IMG/VR virus record: IMGVR_UViG_3300009182_000084
Coordinates: 1-52,798 of that record
DNA: 52,798 nucleotides
Origin: a virus
Lineage: Duplodnaviria > Caudoviricetes
Strand: one strand, 5' to 3'
Below the pieces are notes generated by a model. It did not search any database. It saw only the letters and a list, made by a program, of their open reading frames with translations, and was not told the origin of the DNA. Position numbers and translations under genes: made by a program. Each line of letters begins with the position of its first letter. Position 1 is the first letter of the stretch. Of the stretch, positions 1-8,085 are shown in pieces.

Positions 1-37
1 CTTCTTCAACGATTTCTGGGGTTGTGTCTTCGGACAT
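1..37 (-). CDS. 5' end of a hypothetical protein (MSEDTTPEIVEE...), continues beyond the window edge
   Basis: ATG at 35-37 on minus strand preceded by GAAAGGT SD-like sequence; frame open to the edge. Confidence 0.6.
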   Translation of the reverse strand, partial: MSEDTTPEIVEE

Positions 38-113
38 TATTTACCTTTCGAAAGGTTAGGGGGAGGGGGTACACCTCTATTGTCCGTTATTTAATACTTA
101 TTTGCAGTATTAA

Positions 114-1502
114 CTAGAACGTTGTAGTAGTAGGCGTGACTGAAGCAGTAGTAGTACTCCAACTACCAAGATTTTTAGTTCCTCCAGCTGTGGTATATGT
201 TGTAGCAGTAGTTGCTCCCGTAATTTTTGTAACTCCAGCAGAAACTGTTGATACAGCGTTTGCCGTGTAGTTAAACGTTACGCCACTGACAACAATTCCA
301 GAAGAAGGAACAGCTCCAGTTGTAGGTATTTTAATAATAATTGGGTCTTTAGTAGTAAATTGATATGCGGCTAAAATGTAAACGTAAGCAGTATTATTTC
401 CAGAAACATTGACGTTGGGTCTACCAAAACCATTAAAGTCATTGTTTGTTATAAGACTTCCAGTAGCTGGAATAAAAGAGTTATTCCAATTTTGTGTTGC
501 AGTACTACCATTATCTGTGTATTTAGCTATCAACAATCCATTTCCAGTTTTACCAGCAATATATACGCTAGTTACAGTAGAAACTGTTTCAGCATAAACT
601 GAGACGTTATTCGTAGATTCAGAAGCAGCTCCTGCAATTTTATAGGACCAAACCACTGCACCATTAGTGTCTAATTTGATAAGCGTAAAGCTATTGTCAA
701 TTTGCCTACCAGCAATGTAAGTATTGTCAGATAAAGTAAAAGATGTTGCAGAAAGTAGTGCTACAGAAAGAAGAGAATCCCAAACTATGGTTGCAAGATT
801 TGAAGCATTAATTTTTAATACTTCAGCAGCTGTGCCTGTAAACGAGCCTTGAACAATAATTGGGTTATTAGATGAGTCGTAAGTAGCATATGAAAATGAT
901 TTATCAATACCAGATACTCCATAACTATAAGTATTTACAGAATTTCCAGAAGAATCAGTTTTTCCTAAAATTGTTCTAATAAAAGAACCTGTGCCATCAT
1001 CACCGATAATATACATAGAACTATCACCAGTTTGCATCATACCTAATACGTCAGTAAATGCGTTTGCATTCCAAGCAACCGAACCAGCAGCACCTCCGCT
1101 AGGTGTTAAATCAGATGCAGCAAATGTTGGAGTAGGATGGTCAGTAACCGTGTTATTAATAAAAGCTATTAAATTACCATCATTTTTTTTCTGAAGTAAT
1201 TGCCTATTATTGGCACTTCCAGAACCGCTTTTAGCTGTTACTGCTGGAGTAGAAGTATCAATTCCTGAAAGTTTTATCATATAAGCAGAACTTCCATTAG
1301 TAGTACTTGCACTACCATACATATATGCAGATGTACCAATTACAACTAATTGAGACACAACAGGAACGTTTGTTCCCACAATCTGTGCAACAAATCCGCC
1401 AATAGTTGCTCCACCACCAGAACCTGCTGGGATATAAATTCGCCCAATGTTAATTGCAGGCTTAAAGTTAATCTGCGTAGTACTCTGCCTAATTTTTGGC
1501 AT
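114..1502 (-). CDS. Ser/Thr/Gly-rich beta-rich protein, probably virion/tail-associated
   Basis: 462 aa; repeated beta-strand-like segments (TYIAG, VYIAG, LIKLDTNGAVVW) reminiscent of beta-propeller blades. Confidence 0.55.
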   Translation of the reverse strand: MPKIRQSTTQINFKPAINIGRIYIPAGSGGGATIGGFVAQIVGTNVPVVSQLVVIGTSAYMYGSASTTNGSSAYMIKLSGIDTSTPAVTAKSGSGSANNRQLLQKKNDGNLIAFINNTVTDHPTPTFAASDLTPSGGAAGSVAWNANAFTDVLGMMQTGDSSMYIIGDDGTGSFIRTILGKTDSSGNSVNTYSYGVSGIDKSFSYATYDSSNNPIIVQGSFTGTAAEVLKINASNLATIVWDSLLSVALLSATSFTLSDNTYIAGRQIDNSFTLIKLDTNGAVVWSYKIAGAASESTNNVSVYAETVSTVTSVYIAGKTGNGLLIAKYTDNGSTATQNWNNSFIPATGSLITNNDFNGFGRPNVNVSGNNTAYVYILAAYQFTTKDPIIIKIPTTGAVPSSGIVVSGVTFNYTANAVSTVSAGVTKITGATTATTYTTAGGTKNLGSWSTTTASVTPTTTTF

Positions 1503-1505
1503 GAG

Positions 1506-1775
1506 TTATCGAACAATAGTTAGAGTTTGTACAGTAGAAGATGCAGATGATACGGCGTAAACAGTTTCTCCTGAAATAAGGTTGTCTAGTGAGATAGACG
1601 AACCTGAAGCAACCTTAATACCATTAGTTGTGGTAACACCAGGTCCACCTACAAAAAGGTCTCCAGAACCTATATTTTGAATAATTATAGTAAAAGTAGC
1701 AACTGGAGATGTAGAAGCAGTAGTTGTAAGTGCTTGAGCAGTAGTGACAGTTACTGTGCTGTTAAAAATGGCCAT
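1506..1775 (-). CDS. small beta-rich hypothetical (structural-like) protein
   Basis: 89 aa, IIIQNIGSGDLFVGG..VTTTNGIKV motif seen in small phage virion proteins; AAGGAG SD. Confidence 0.65.
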   Translation of the reverse strand: MAIFNSTVTVTTAQALTTTASTSPVATFTIIIQNIGSGDLFVGGPGVTTTNGIKVASGSSISLDNLISGETVYAVSSASSTVQTLTIVR

Positions 1776-1830
1776 TTAAACTCCTTAAGTTCAAATACTA
1801 TTATGATTTATTTAATTTAAATTTTCTTGA

Positions 1831-2181
1831 TTAATACGCGGCAGTTCCGCCAACGCTACTGCCTGTAGGGACATCGTCCATTCCAGATTTTTGAGCTACT
1901 GCCTCTGCGCCAAGTTGAACTGCACTTAGATTTGAACCAGGTTGCAAAGTACGTGGGTCAAGCTCTGCTTTTCCAGCTACTGCGTAAGGCCAAAGACTCC
2001 ATGCATATTCTGACCCAGTAGGTTCTCCACGAGTTGCAAAGTCTACTACTGGCGTCGGTTCTCCTAGAGGAGCTCCACCACTGTACTCGGATAAGTTAGA
2101 GTCATCATACTGACCCTGGCTAGTTTTTACACTGCCGTACATACCAGTAGTAGTGTTACGAAGTTTGCGTTGCTGTTGCAC
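1831..2181 (-). CDS. hypothetical protein
   Basis: 116 aa ORF coupled to upstream gene. Confidence 0.6.
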   Translation of the reverse strand: MQQQRKLRNTTTGMYGSVKTSQGQYDDSNLSEYSGGAPLGEPTPVVDFATRGEPTGSEYAWSLWPYAVAGKAELDPRTLQPGSNLSAVQLGAEAVAQKSGMDDVPTGSSVGGTAAY

Positions 2182-2402
2182 TAGGCACCAAATCCAGTTT
2201 TACCAATGTTTGTGTTGGAGGCTGTTCCCTCACTGTGTGCCAAATCAAACTTCACACTTTGAGCAGGGTCTCCTAGGCCAGACTCACTATCACTTCCAGA
2301 ACGACTCTGAGCTCCGTTATTATCCATATAAGGCGTTGCATCTAGATTATCTGCATCTGTCTTGTACACGCCTTGATTTCTACTGCCGCATCCTGCACAC
2401 AT
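2181..2402 (-). CDS. hypothetical protein (N-terminal CxxC)
   Basis: 73 aa, MCAGCG start, TAATG coupling. Confidence 0.65.
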   Translation of the reverse strand: MCAGCGSRNQGVYKTDADNLDATPYMDNNGAQSRSGSDSESGLGDPAQSVKFDLAHSEGTASNTNIGKTGFGA

Positions 2403-2776
2403 TAGTTATTACCTTCCAGAACTTGCTGCTCATGCAGCGCCGCATTTTCTTTTATTTTTGACAGAATTGCATGCGCTCTTAACATGTGGCTACGATGTTT
2501 AGTAGAGTTTCGGTTTGTTTCCGTATTCAAAAGGTTAACAACTGCACCTAATGCCGCAGCCGAATCATGAATATGGCCTATAGAACTTATGTCGCCTGCT
2601 ACGTTAGCATTCATAGCTGCTTTAATGCTGTTATTAGATTTTTCTAAAAGGTTGTCGTAAGAATCGTAGTTTTTTAGTGGAGATTCATCATGCATGGTGC
2701 TAACAATGCCTGAAATATCATTATGGCCAAGAGCAGCAAATACTGTACGTTCTTTTGGATTAAATGTATTATTCAT
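2402..2776 (-). CDS. hypothetical protein
   Basis: 124 aa, TAATG coupling at both ends. Confidence 0.7.
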   Translation of the reverse strand: MNNTFNPKERTVFAALGHNDISGIVSTMHDESPLKNYDSYDNLLEKSNNSIKAAMNANVAGDISSIGHIHDSAAALGAVVNLLNTETNRNSTKHRSHMLRAHAILSKIKENAALHEQQVLEGNN

Positions 2777-2880
2777 TACTTAACCTTCTTTGCTTCAATA
2801 CCTAGCTTTTCAAACATTTTACGATTTCTTTTTCTATCGTTGTAGGCTTCACGAACATCAAACTCGTTATTCTTACTCAT
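2776..2880 (-). CDS. 34-aa microprotein MSKNNEFDVREAYNDRKRNRKMFEKLGIEAKKVK
   Basis: Translated by hand; TAATG coupling to next gene; CATACT-N6-ATG leaderless-type start. Confidence 0.6.
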   Translation of the reverse strand: MSKNNEFDVREAYNDRKRNRKMFEKLGIEAKKVK

Positions 2881-2893
2881 AACCCAAGTATGA

Positions 2894-2928
2894 CAAAAGG
2901 CCTGGACTTTGTCAGTCCAAGCCTTTTG
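2894..2928 (-). terminator. intrinsic terminator-like hairpin after NlpC/P60 gene
   Basis: CAAAAGGC-C-TGGACT...AGTCCA-A-GCCTTTTG inverted repeat with T runs available on both strands. Confidence 0.7.
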
Positions 2929-2931
2929 CTT

Positions 2932-3480
2932 TTAGTTAGTTGTAATAAGCCTTGTATAAGTTACGTCGGTTGTCCAATTTTGTTTGGCCCAATCCATAAC
3001 CTTGATTCGCTGGGTGCGAACTCCAGGATGTGGTGCGTGAATCATATACCCTTTACCTATATAGATACCTACGTGACCTGGGAATCCAATGATGTCACCA
3101 ACTTTTGCTTTTGATTGAGAGTACTTGTGTGGTTTAGCACTGTACTTCTCTACATAAGCGCTGTGGTGCAGCGTGATTCCTATTTGTTCGTAATACCACA
3201 TAACGAGACCTGAGCAGTCCCACCCTTTTGGAGTGTTACCCGAAAATACGTACCATGTTTTGTTTACGTATTTCTTCAGTTCTCTAGTAACGGTTTTTAC
3301 ACGTTGAGTGTAGACAAGGACTACGAGTCCTTTGGCACTCAAGGGATTCCACAATCCCTGTTCCGTCTTTGATGTGACGGCTGTGGAGGCTTTCTCCACG
3401 TTTATAGCAGCGACTGCACCAGAGGCAGAGCAACCTGCCAATGTCAATAGCAGGGCTGCGAATGCAATGAACTTCTTCAT
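2932..3480 (-). CDS. NlpC/P60 family peptidoglycan endopeptidase with lipoprotein signal peptide
   Basis: YVFSG..PKGWDCSGLV, GDII, GHVGIYIGKGYMIHA catalytic motifs; lipobox LAGC. Confidence 0.92.
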   Translation of the reverse strand: MKKFIAFAALLLTLAGCSASGAVAAINVEKASTAVTSKTEQGLWNPLSAKGLVVLVYTQRVKTVTRELKKYVNKTWYVFSGNTPKGWDCSGLVMWYYEQIGITLHHSAYVEKYSAKPHKYSQSKAKVGDIIGFPGHVGIYIGKGYMIHAPHPGVRTQRIKVMDWAKQNWTTDVTYTRLITTN

Positions 3481-3578
3481 TTAGCGACCTACCTTTCCTT
3501 GCGTTAGTAATCGGTCGTTTATTGTCAAAGTGACACTATTCAGTTGTAAAAGAAGACTAGCAAAGCTTTTTAATAAGT

Positions 3579-3914
3579 CTAGCTATTAACTTCTTCTTTT
3601 TTCTTTTTTTGTTTTGCCCTGTATTCTAGGGCAAGATTTTCGGTTGTCTGGTTTTTACTGTGAACTGTCTTGATGCGTTCTGCACGAAAACTTCTCATGC
3701 TTTCGGCACCTTTGGGTCCACCCCATACATCTACCCAACTAGTATTTGGTGTAGTAACCCTTTTAATAAACCTAAACCTGCCACGTTCCTTAGAAATCTT
3801 TAGTTCTGTTCCTGGAATGACTGAGCGGTTATTAATTTGAATCTCAGTCTCTACAGACCAATCATCATTAGGTTTTGGTACTACTGGAACTGCTGTCTTT
3901 TTCTTGCGTCCCAT
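3579..3914 (-). CDS. hypothetical protein
   Basis: 111 aa, coupled to upstream ORF. Confidence 0.75.
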   Translation of the reverse strand: MGRKKKTAVPVVPKPNDDWSVETEIQINNRSVIPGTELKISKERGRFRFIKRVTTPNTSWVDVWGGPKGAESMRSFRAERIKTVHSKNQTTENLALEYRAKQKKKKEEVNS

Positions 3915-4087
3915 TAACGTGCGTCCTTGCCCCAGCCTGTACCCTTAAACGCCACCAGAGGCGCACTGAAGCCCTTTGACATAGGTTTTACACAGTTAGG
4001 GCATAGAATCTCTGGCGAGACCGCCATGGGGTGGGAAACCTCTTGTACGTGTGCACAGGCAACGCACTTATAATCGTAACTTGGCAT
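3914..4087 (-). CDS. FmdB-family zinc-ribbon protein (57 aa)
   Basis: Hand translation MPSYDYKCVAC...CPNC...VAFKGTGWG matches the MPxYxYxC/CPxC/FKGxG FmdB signature. Confidence 0.85.
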   Translation of the reverse strand: MPSYDYKCVACAHVQEVSHPMAVSPEILCPNCVKPMSKGFSAPLVAFKGTGWGKDAR

Positions 4088-4368
4088 CAAAGCAAATCCT
4101 CTTGTTCTAGACCAAACTCATTAACTTTTAGCACGTACTTGTCTCGCGCCTTAAGAAGGAACAATTTAATCTCTTGTCTCTGCTCATTGAAGTGTTTCAA
4201 GACGTCGTTGTATTGCTGCTCAGTCAGCTCAGCTTTGTGGAGCTCTACAACAGCCATAGACTTGTCTAGCTTCTCAGCTGCGGTTGCTGCAGCAATCTGC
4301 TCTCGCTCCCATACCATCTCGGCATGTGCTCTAGACTTATCTTTTTTCTTTTTAGACATAGGGTGCAA
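4087..4368 (-). CDS. hypothetical coiled-coil protein
   Basis: 93 aa ORF within the operon. Confidence 0.7.
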   Translation of the reverse strand: MHPMSKKKKDKSRAHAEMVWEREQIAAATAAEKLDKSMAVVELHKAELTEQQYNDVLKHFNEQRQEIKLFLLKARDKYVLKVNEFGLEQEDLL

Positions 4369-4657
4369 TCTTTTCTACGTACCAGGGAAACGGCTTAGCT
4401 CCCTGGTGTGTCCATACTAGTTCGCCGTCTTTAAACAAGAATACAGTAGGAATAGCTGTTACGTCAAGCTCCTCCATAAGTTCTTGCTCAAGGTCTGCAT
4501 TTACAAGACCTACACTTAGAGCAGGAAGCTGCTCCTCTAGTTGAGACAGAATAGGTTTCATCATTTTACAAGGAGCACACCACTCAGCCCAGAACTCTAC
4601 GAGTACTAGTGGTTTCTTTGTGTATTCTGCAAAATCTTCTTTTGTTAGGTGTTCCAT
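4352..4657 (-). CDS. trxA: thioredoxin
   Basis: FWAEWCAPCK active site, IPT cis-Pro motif; start placed at MEHLTKE after AAGGAG SD. Confidence 0.92.
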   Translation of the reverse strand: MEHLTKEDFAEYTKKPLVLVEFWAEWCAPCKMMKPILSQLEEQLPALSVGLVNADLEQELMEELDVTAIPTVFLFKDGELVWTHQGAKPFPWYVEKIAPYV

Positions 4658-4675
4658 GTTACTCCTTAAATAGAT

Positions 4676-4751
4676 TGGAGCCTCAAGCAGGACTTGAACC
4701 CGCCACCTTCTCATTACAAGTGAGATGCTCTACCAGATGAGCTATTGAGGC
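4676..4751 (-). tRNA. tRNA-Thr(TGT)
   Basis: GCCTCAA acceptor stem, TAGCTCA..GGTAGAGC D arm, CTCA-CTTGTAA-TGAG anticodon arm, GGTTCAAGTCC T arm, encoded CCA. Confidence 0.95.
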
Positions 4752-4804
4752 AATCGGCTTCTCAATCCCTGTGTAAACTGCCACTGGCACATATTGAAGC
4801 CTTG

Positions 4805-4876
4805 CTGACCACCCTGGACTCGAACCAGGAACCTACGAGTTAACAGCTCGGTGCTCTGCCATTGAGCTAGTGGTCA
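4805..4876 (-). tRNA. tRNA-Asn(GTT)
   Basis: TGACCAC/GTGGTCA acceptor stem, CGAG-CTGTTAA-CTCG anticodon arm, GGTTCGAGTCC T arm; CCA not encoded (CAA). Confidence 0.93.
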
Positions 4877-4880
4877 GTAG

Positions 4881-4960
4881 TGGACATGCACAGAATCGAA
4901 CTGTGGTCTTACAGATTCCTACTGGAGGCTTTGTTCTGCAATCGACACCATTTCATGCCC
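4881..4960 (-). ncRNA. miniature tmRNA-like RNA: tRNA-like domain only, no mRNA-like domain
   Basis: GGGCATG/CATGTCC-A acceptor stem with G3.U pair, stemless D-loop AAATGGTGTCGA, helix TTGCAGA/TCTGTAA, GAC linker, CACAG-TTCGATT-CTGTG T arm. Confidence 0.8.
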
Positions 4961-4964
4961 TTGA

Positions 4965-4990
4965 CCTAGAGGAGCCGAAACTCCCCTAGG
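4965..4990. terminator. stem-loop between hsp20 and the RNA genes (terminator or processing signal)
   Basis: CCTAG-AGGAG...CTCC-CCTAGG inverted repeat; T-rich tail on the plus strand only. Confidence 0.5.
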
Positions 4991-5010
4991 ATTTTTAGTT
5001 TACACCAATA

Positions 5011-5526
5011 TTACTTGATGTCAATTACCTTTGGTTTCTTTTCTTCAGGAAGGTTCTTCTTAAAGGTTACAGTTAGCATACCTTCCTTGACTTCTGCTCC
5101 AGCAATTTCCCAGAACTCAGCAATAGCAAGCTCGAGCTTAAAATCACGAGTAGCAATGCCCTGGTAAACAATAAGTCCCTTGTCTTTTTCCTTCTTCTCA
5201 CCCTTAATGGTAATGATTGAATCCTGGAAAACAACAGACAACTCTTCCTTAGAGAAACCAGCAACTGCTACATTGAGCAGGTTCAGGTCAGTCTCAAGTG
5301 CGACAATGTCGTACGGAGGGTAAGAGGGCTTGTTATTGGTAACTTCCTTGAGAGTTTCAAGGATTGGAGACCAGCCAATAGATAGGCGGTCTAGACGTGG
5401 GAACAAATCAGCAATTGTGATTGGCTTTGGAATTGGTGGTACTTCCCAATTCTTCTTCATGTTCTTATCCCAAGGGTCATGAGGGCTACGCTCATAAGGG
5501 CTTGGATAATTATTCTTGTAGTTCAT
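5011..5526 (-). CDS. Hsp20/alpha-crystallin small heat-shock protein
   Basis: SYPPYDI, AVAGFSKEEL, YQGIATRDF, A..KEGMLTV, PEEKKPKVIDIK motifs of IbpA-like sHSPs. Confidence 0.93.
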   Translation of the reverse strand: MNYKNNYPSPYERSPHDPWDKNMKKNWEVPPIPKPITIADLFPRLDRLSIGWSPILETLKEVTNNKPSYPPYDIVALETDLNLLNVAVAGFSKEELSVVFQDSIITIKGEKKEKDKGLIVYQGIATRDFKLELAIAEFWEIAGAEVKEGMLTVTFKKNLPEEKKPKVIDIK

Positions 5527-5694
5527 TTTGTCTCCTTAGACGACAACTGTGTTATGGGAGCACCTCACGAGCATTTCTAAGAATCTGTCCTAGACTCACT
5601 CGTGTGGTTTTTTACTGCCCGTAGCACAGTAAGGGTTTTATAGACACCCGATTGGCGTGTCTATTTATAATTTAGCAGAAAAATTACTTAAAGT

Positions 5695-6051
5695 CTATTC
5701 GTCGTTATGAGTGCCTCTTTTAGGCCTTAATTCAGTTACATTTTTTCTCATAAGTCTTGAAAGAGCTGGATGAGTTGGAGCTAAACCTTTTTTGATAGCT
5801 TCTTGAGCAGCTTGTTCTAGTGCAGCTTTTCCTCTAGGTCCTACAGGCCTATGTTGCTTATCTAGAATATGTCTAACATTTTCTTTTAATACCATATCAG
5901 GAGTACTGTGAGTTTCAATTACAGTACCATTCATAGCTTCTTGCTCAGGCTTGTCTACTTTAGGGTCATGATTATATGTAATCTCATAAATAGGATTATT
6001 ACAAAATAAACATTTACCAGTAGGCTCATTACTATTCATTACAAGTGGCAT
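5695..6051 (-). CDS. hypothetical protein (CxxC)
   Basis: 118 aa, AGGAG SD. Confidence 0.7.
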   Translation of the reverse strand: MPLVMNSNEPTGKCLFCNNPIYEITYNHDPKVDKPEQEAMNGTVIETHSTPDMVLKENVRHILDKQHRPVGPRGKAALEQAAQEAIKKGLAPTHPALSRLMRKNVTELRPKRGTHNDE

Positions 6052-6062
6052 ACTTATCTCCT

Positions 6063-6689
6063 TTAAATCTTATTTATTCCAAAGTTTACACCATGAGCTC
6101 TGTAATAGCTTTTCAGGTTATCTGCAGCCTCATGCCCTAGAGTATTACGAACTATATGAACATGTGCTCTAGCAAACTGCCAACCATGTGTGTCAGGATA
6201 ATAGTGTCCAGCAAACTGAGACTCACTGAGAAGGTGGTGTGCAAGTTCATGTGTTACAAGACCTGCTGGAACTTTACCTGTTCCATCATCTGTTAATTGA
6301 ATTTTAGGAGTGATGCCACTATAGCCACTAACAACGTTACCTGCTCTAATACCAATGACCTCACCCGTCTCTGGGTCTTTAGCAACTAAGCGTTTATGAA
6401 AACTCACATCTTTAGGGTCGTAAGTACTTCTAACGTAGTCTATACCTGGAATATTTTCCATGGCAGGAGAGTGGACAACTGAAGTAGCTAATTTTCTAGC
6501 TTGTTTAATATTAATTAGAGAACTAGCATCGGGGTCTTCACCAATCCAGCCTCTAAAGTCACTGTGAACTCCGTGACCACGTTCAGCTCCATAAAGGGTA
6601 GAAGTCTGGTCTCTATCATTCATAAACCGATTTGCGCCCAGAAATTCTTGCCTTATTCTACGTCCACGTCTTGCTCTAAATGCAGCCAT
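6063..6689 (-). CDS. putative HExxH zinc metallohydrolase (SprT/Rv0185-like)
   Basis: LVTHELAHHLL followed by HGWQF (cf. HGPEF). Confidence 0.7.
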   Translation of the reverse strand: MAAFRARRGRRIRQEFLGANRFMNDRDQTSTLYGAERGHGVHSDFRGWIGEDPDASSLINIKQARKLATSVVHSPAMENIPGIDYVRSTYDPKDVSFHKRLVAKDPETGEVIGIRAGNVVSGYSGITPKIQLTDDGTGKVPAGLVTHELAHHLLSESQFAGHYYPDTHGWQFARAHVHIVRNTLGHEAADNLKSYYRAHGVNFGINKI

Positions 6690-6690
6690 A

Positions 6691-7017
6691 TTATCCGAAC
6701 AACATTCCCTCTGGTGGGTGAATAAAACTAGTGTGTAGTTCTAGTGTCTCAGGAGCATGAAAAGCGGCTCCACAGCCCTCTTCAGTACACTTGTAGCCTG
6801 GGTACTCGGTGTGAGTGCCATGACCATTATCATTCTCAACTTCGATGTCAGCATCGCCATGTCTAAGGCTGTCTTCGCCCTTGGGCTTAATAGGCTGAGC
6901 CAAAGACTCTCTGACCTGCCTCTGAGACATATTGACAGACGCAATACGAAGAATATCTTCATTGCGCTTAATCTGTGCCGCCCTATTTTCAGCAGGGGTA
7001 AGCTTTTTGCGAGCCAT
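6691..7017 (-). CDS. hypothetical protein with C-terminal classical C2H2 zinc finger
   Basis: YKCTEEGCGAAFHAPETLELHTSFIH = Y-x-C-x4-C-x3-F-x5-L-x2-H-x4-H; start placed at MARKK. Confidence 0.7.
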   Translation of the reverse strand: MARKKLTPAENRAAQIKRNEDILRIASVNMSQRQVRESLAQPIKPKGEDSLRHGDADIEVENDNGHGTHTEYPGYKCTEEGCGAAFHAPETLELHTSFIHPPEGMLFG

Positions 7018-7068
7018 TATGTTCCTATCCAACGGCGGAGCCTATTTCGGCCCATCCTTATTTTTTGA

Positions 7069-7248
7069 CTACTTGGCAGGTGGAAGCCACTTGGTTCCAC
7101 CTTGCTCATTTACAATAGTCTTACCTGAACGGCTGCGACGGTTTGATGCATTCTTGACAACAAAAGTGCCTTGCTCTGTTTGGTGGTCTGGACGAGTATC
7201 CTTGGCTTTTGCGTATAAGTCTGTACGCTTTTCGTGGTTATTTCTCAT
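7069..7248 (-). CDS. 59-aa hypothetical protein
   Basis: Hand translation MRNNHEKRTDLYAKAK...WLPPAK; TAATG coupling. Confidence 0.7.
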   Translation of the reverse strand: MRNNHEKRTDLYAKAKDTRPDHQTEQGTFVVKNASNRRSRSGKTIVNEQGGTKWLPPAK

Positions 7249-7559
7249 TAGTGCTTTGACCCACTCTTTGGAAGAGTAATTGGACCATTCTCAGCGTTCA
7301 TCTTACGAACTTTACTGTGGAGACCAGATAGCCAGCCCTGGTATGCTTTGTCAGCATGAGAGTTAATCTGGCTTGAAGAGTTAATCTTTCTAGGAGCCTT
7401 ACCACCAGAGATAGACTTTTGTTCTTGACGGTCCCAAATAGCGTGGCCAGCATCCGTTTCGTGGACAGCATAGCGGTCAACCTTTTGGTTTACAGCATGG
7501 CCCATCTGAACTTTAGCTTTGTCATACATATTTGTACGATTTTCGTGGTTACTGTTCAT
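7248..7559 (-). CDS. hypothetical protein
   Basis: 103 aa, AAGGA SD. Confidence 0.7.
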   Translation of the reverse strand: MNSNHENRTNMYDKAKVQMGHAVNQKVDRYAVHETDAGHAIWDRQEQKSISGGKAPRKINSSSQINSHADKAYQGWLSGLHSKVRKMNAENGPITLPKSGSKH

Positions 7560-7597
7560 GACTTTTCCTTAATTTCAAGGGGTAAAATGCCCCTGTA

Positions 7598-8038
7598 TTA
7601 CTGCTCGCCTCGTTCTAGGCGGTTTTTAATGTTGTCAAACTCGATATCGTTGTCCCATTGCTCGTACTTTTTGTACTCAGCTTTTCTTTTTTGTTCTTTT
7701 TGTAGTGGAGCGACCATTTGGTCAAATGCTTTGTTGGTTCTTTCCTCTGCAGAACGACGACGCATCTCTTCTTCGAGGTTTTTTGGGCTGTAACGGGCAA
7801 TTTTGTGTCCCAATTCACCCAATTTTGACGCAATATTGCGGATGTGACCACCAAATTGGGTTTTATTCATGTTTTCTAGCTGGTCTTCACCGTGCAAATG
7901 AGCATTTCCAGGTGTAATTAGGCCGTGCTGGTACATATGCTCATCAAATTCACCTGGTTCGTGAGAGTAAGACTCTCTACCACACTGTGGGCAGTTGTGA
8001 AAGTCCCCTGGTTCAGGGAGGAATGGTTCTGCGGCCAT
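7598..8038 (-). CDS. hypothetical protein with CxxC...HxxxH zinc-binding motif
   Basis: CPQC...EHMYQH; AAGGA SD. Confidence 0.7.
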   Translation of the reverse strand: MAAEPFLPEPGDFHNCPQCGRESYSHEPGEFDEHMYQHGLITPGNAHLHGEDQLENMNKTQFGGHIRNIASKLGELGHKIARYSPKNLEEEMRRRSAEERTNKAFDQMVAPLQKEQKRKAEYKKYEQWDNDIEFDNIKNRLERGEQ

Positions 8039-8085
8039 GTTTATCCTTACGTTTTAACCATTATGACATGGTTACAGGGGCGTTT

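Noticed and set aside
3481-3578. c-di-AMP (ydaO) riboswitch before NlpC/P60
   Set aside because: Region is too short and lacks the G-rich conserved segments; only CTGAAT resembles it
4352-4714. Longer thioredoxin start given in the ORF track
   Set aside because: The extension overlaps tRNA-Thr; ATG at 4657 has a good SD
4881-4960. Ordinary tRNA-Ala or an attachment-site fragment
   Set aside because: No D stem and no 7-nt anticodon loop; both 5' and 3' halves are present and pair, and no integrase is nearby
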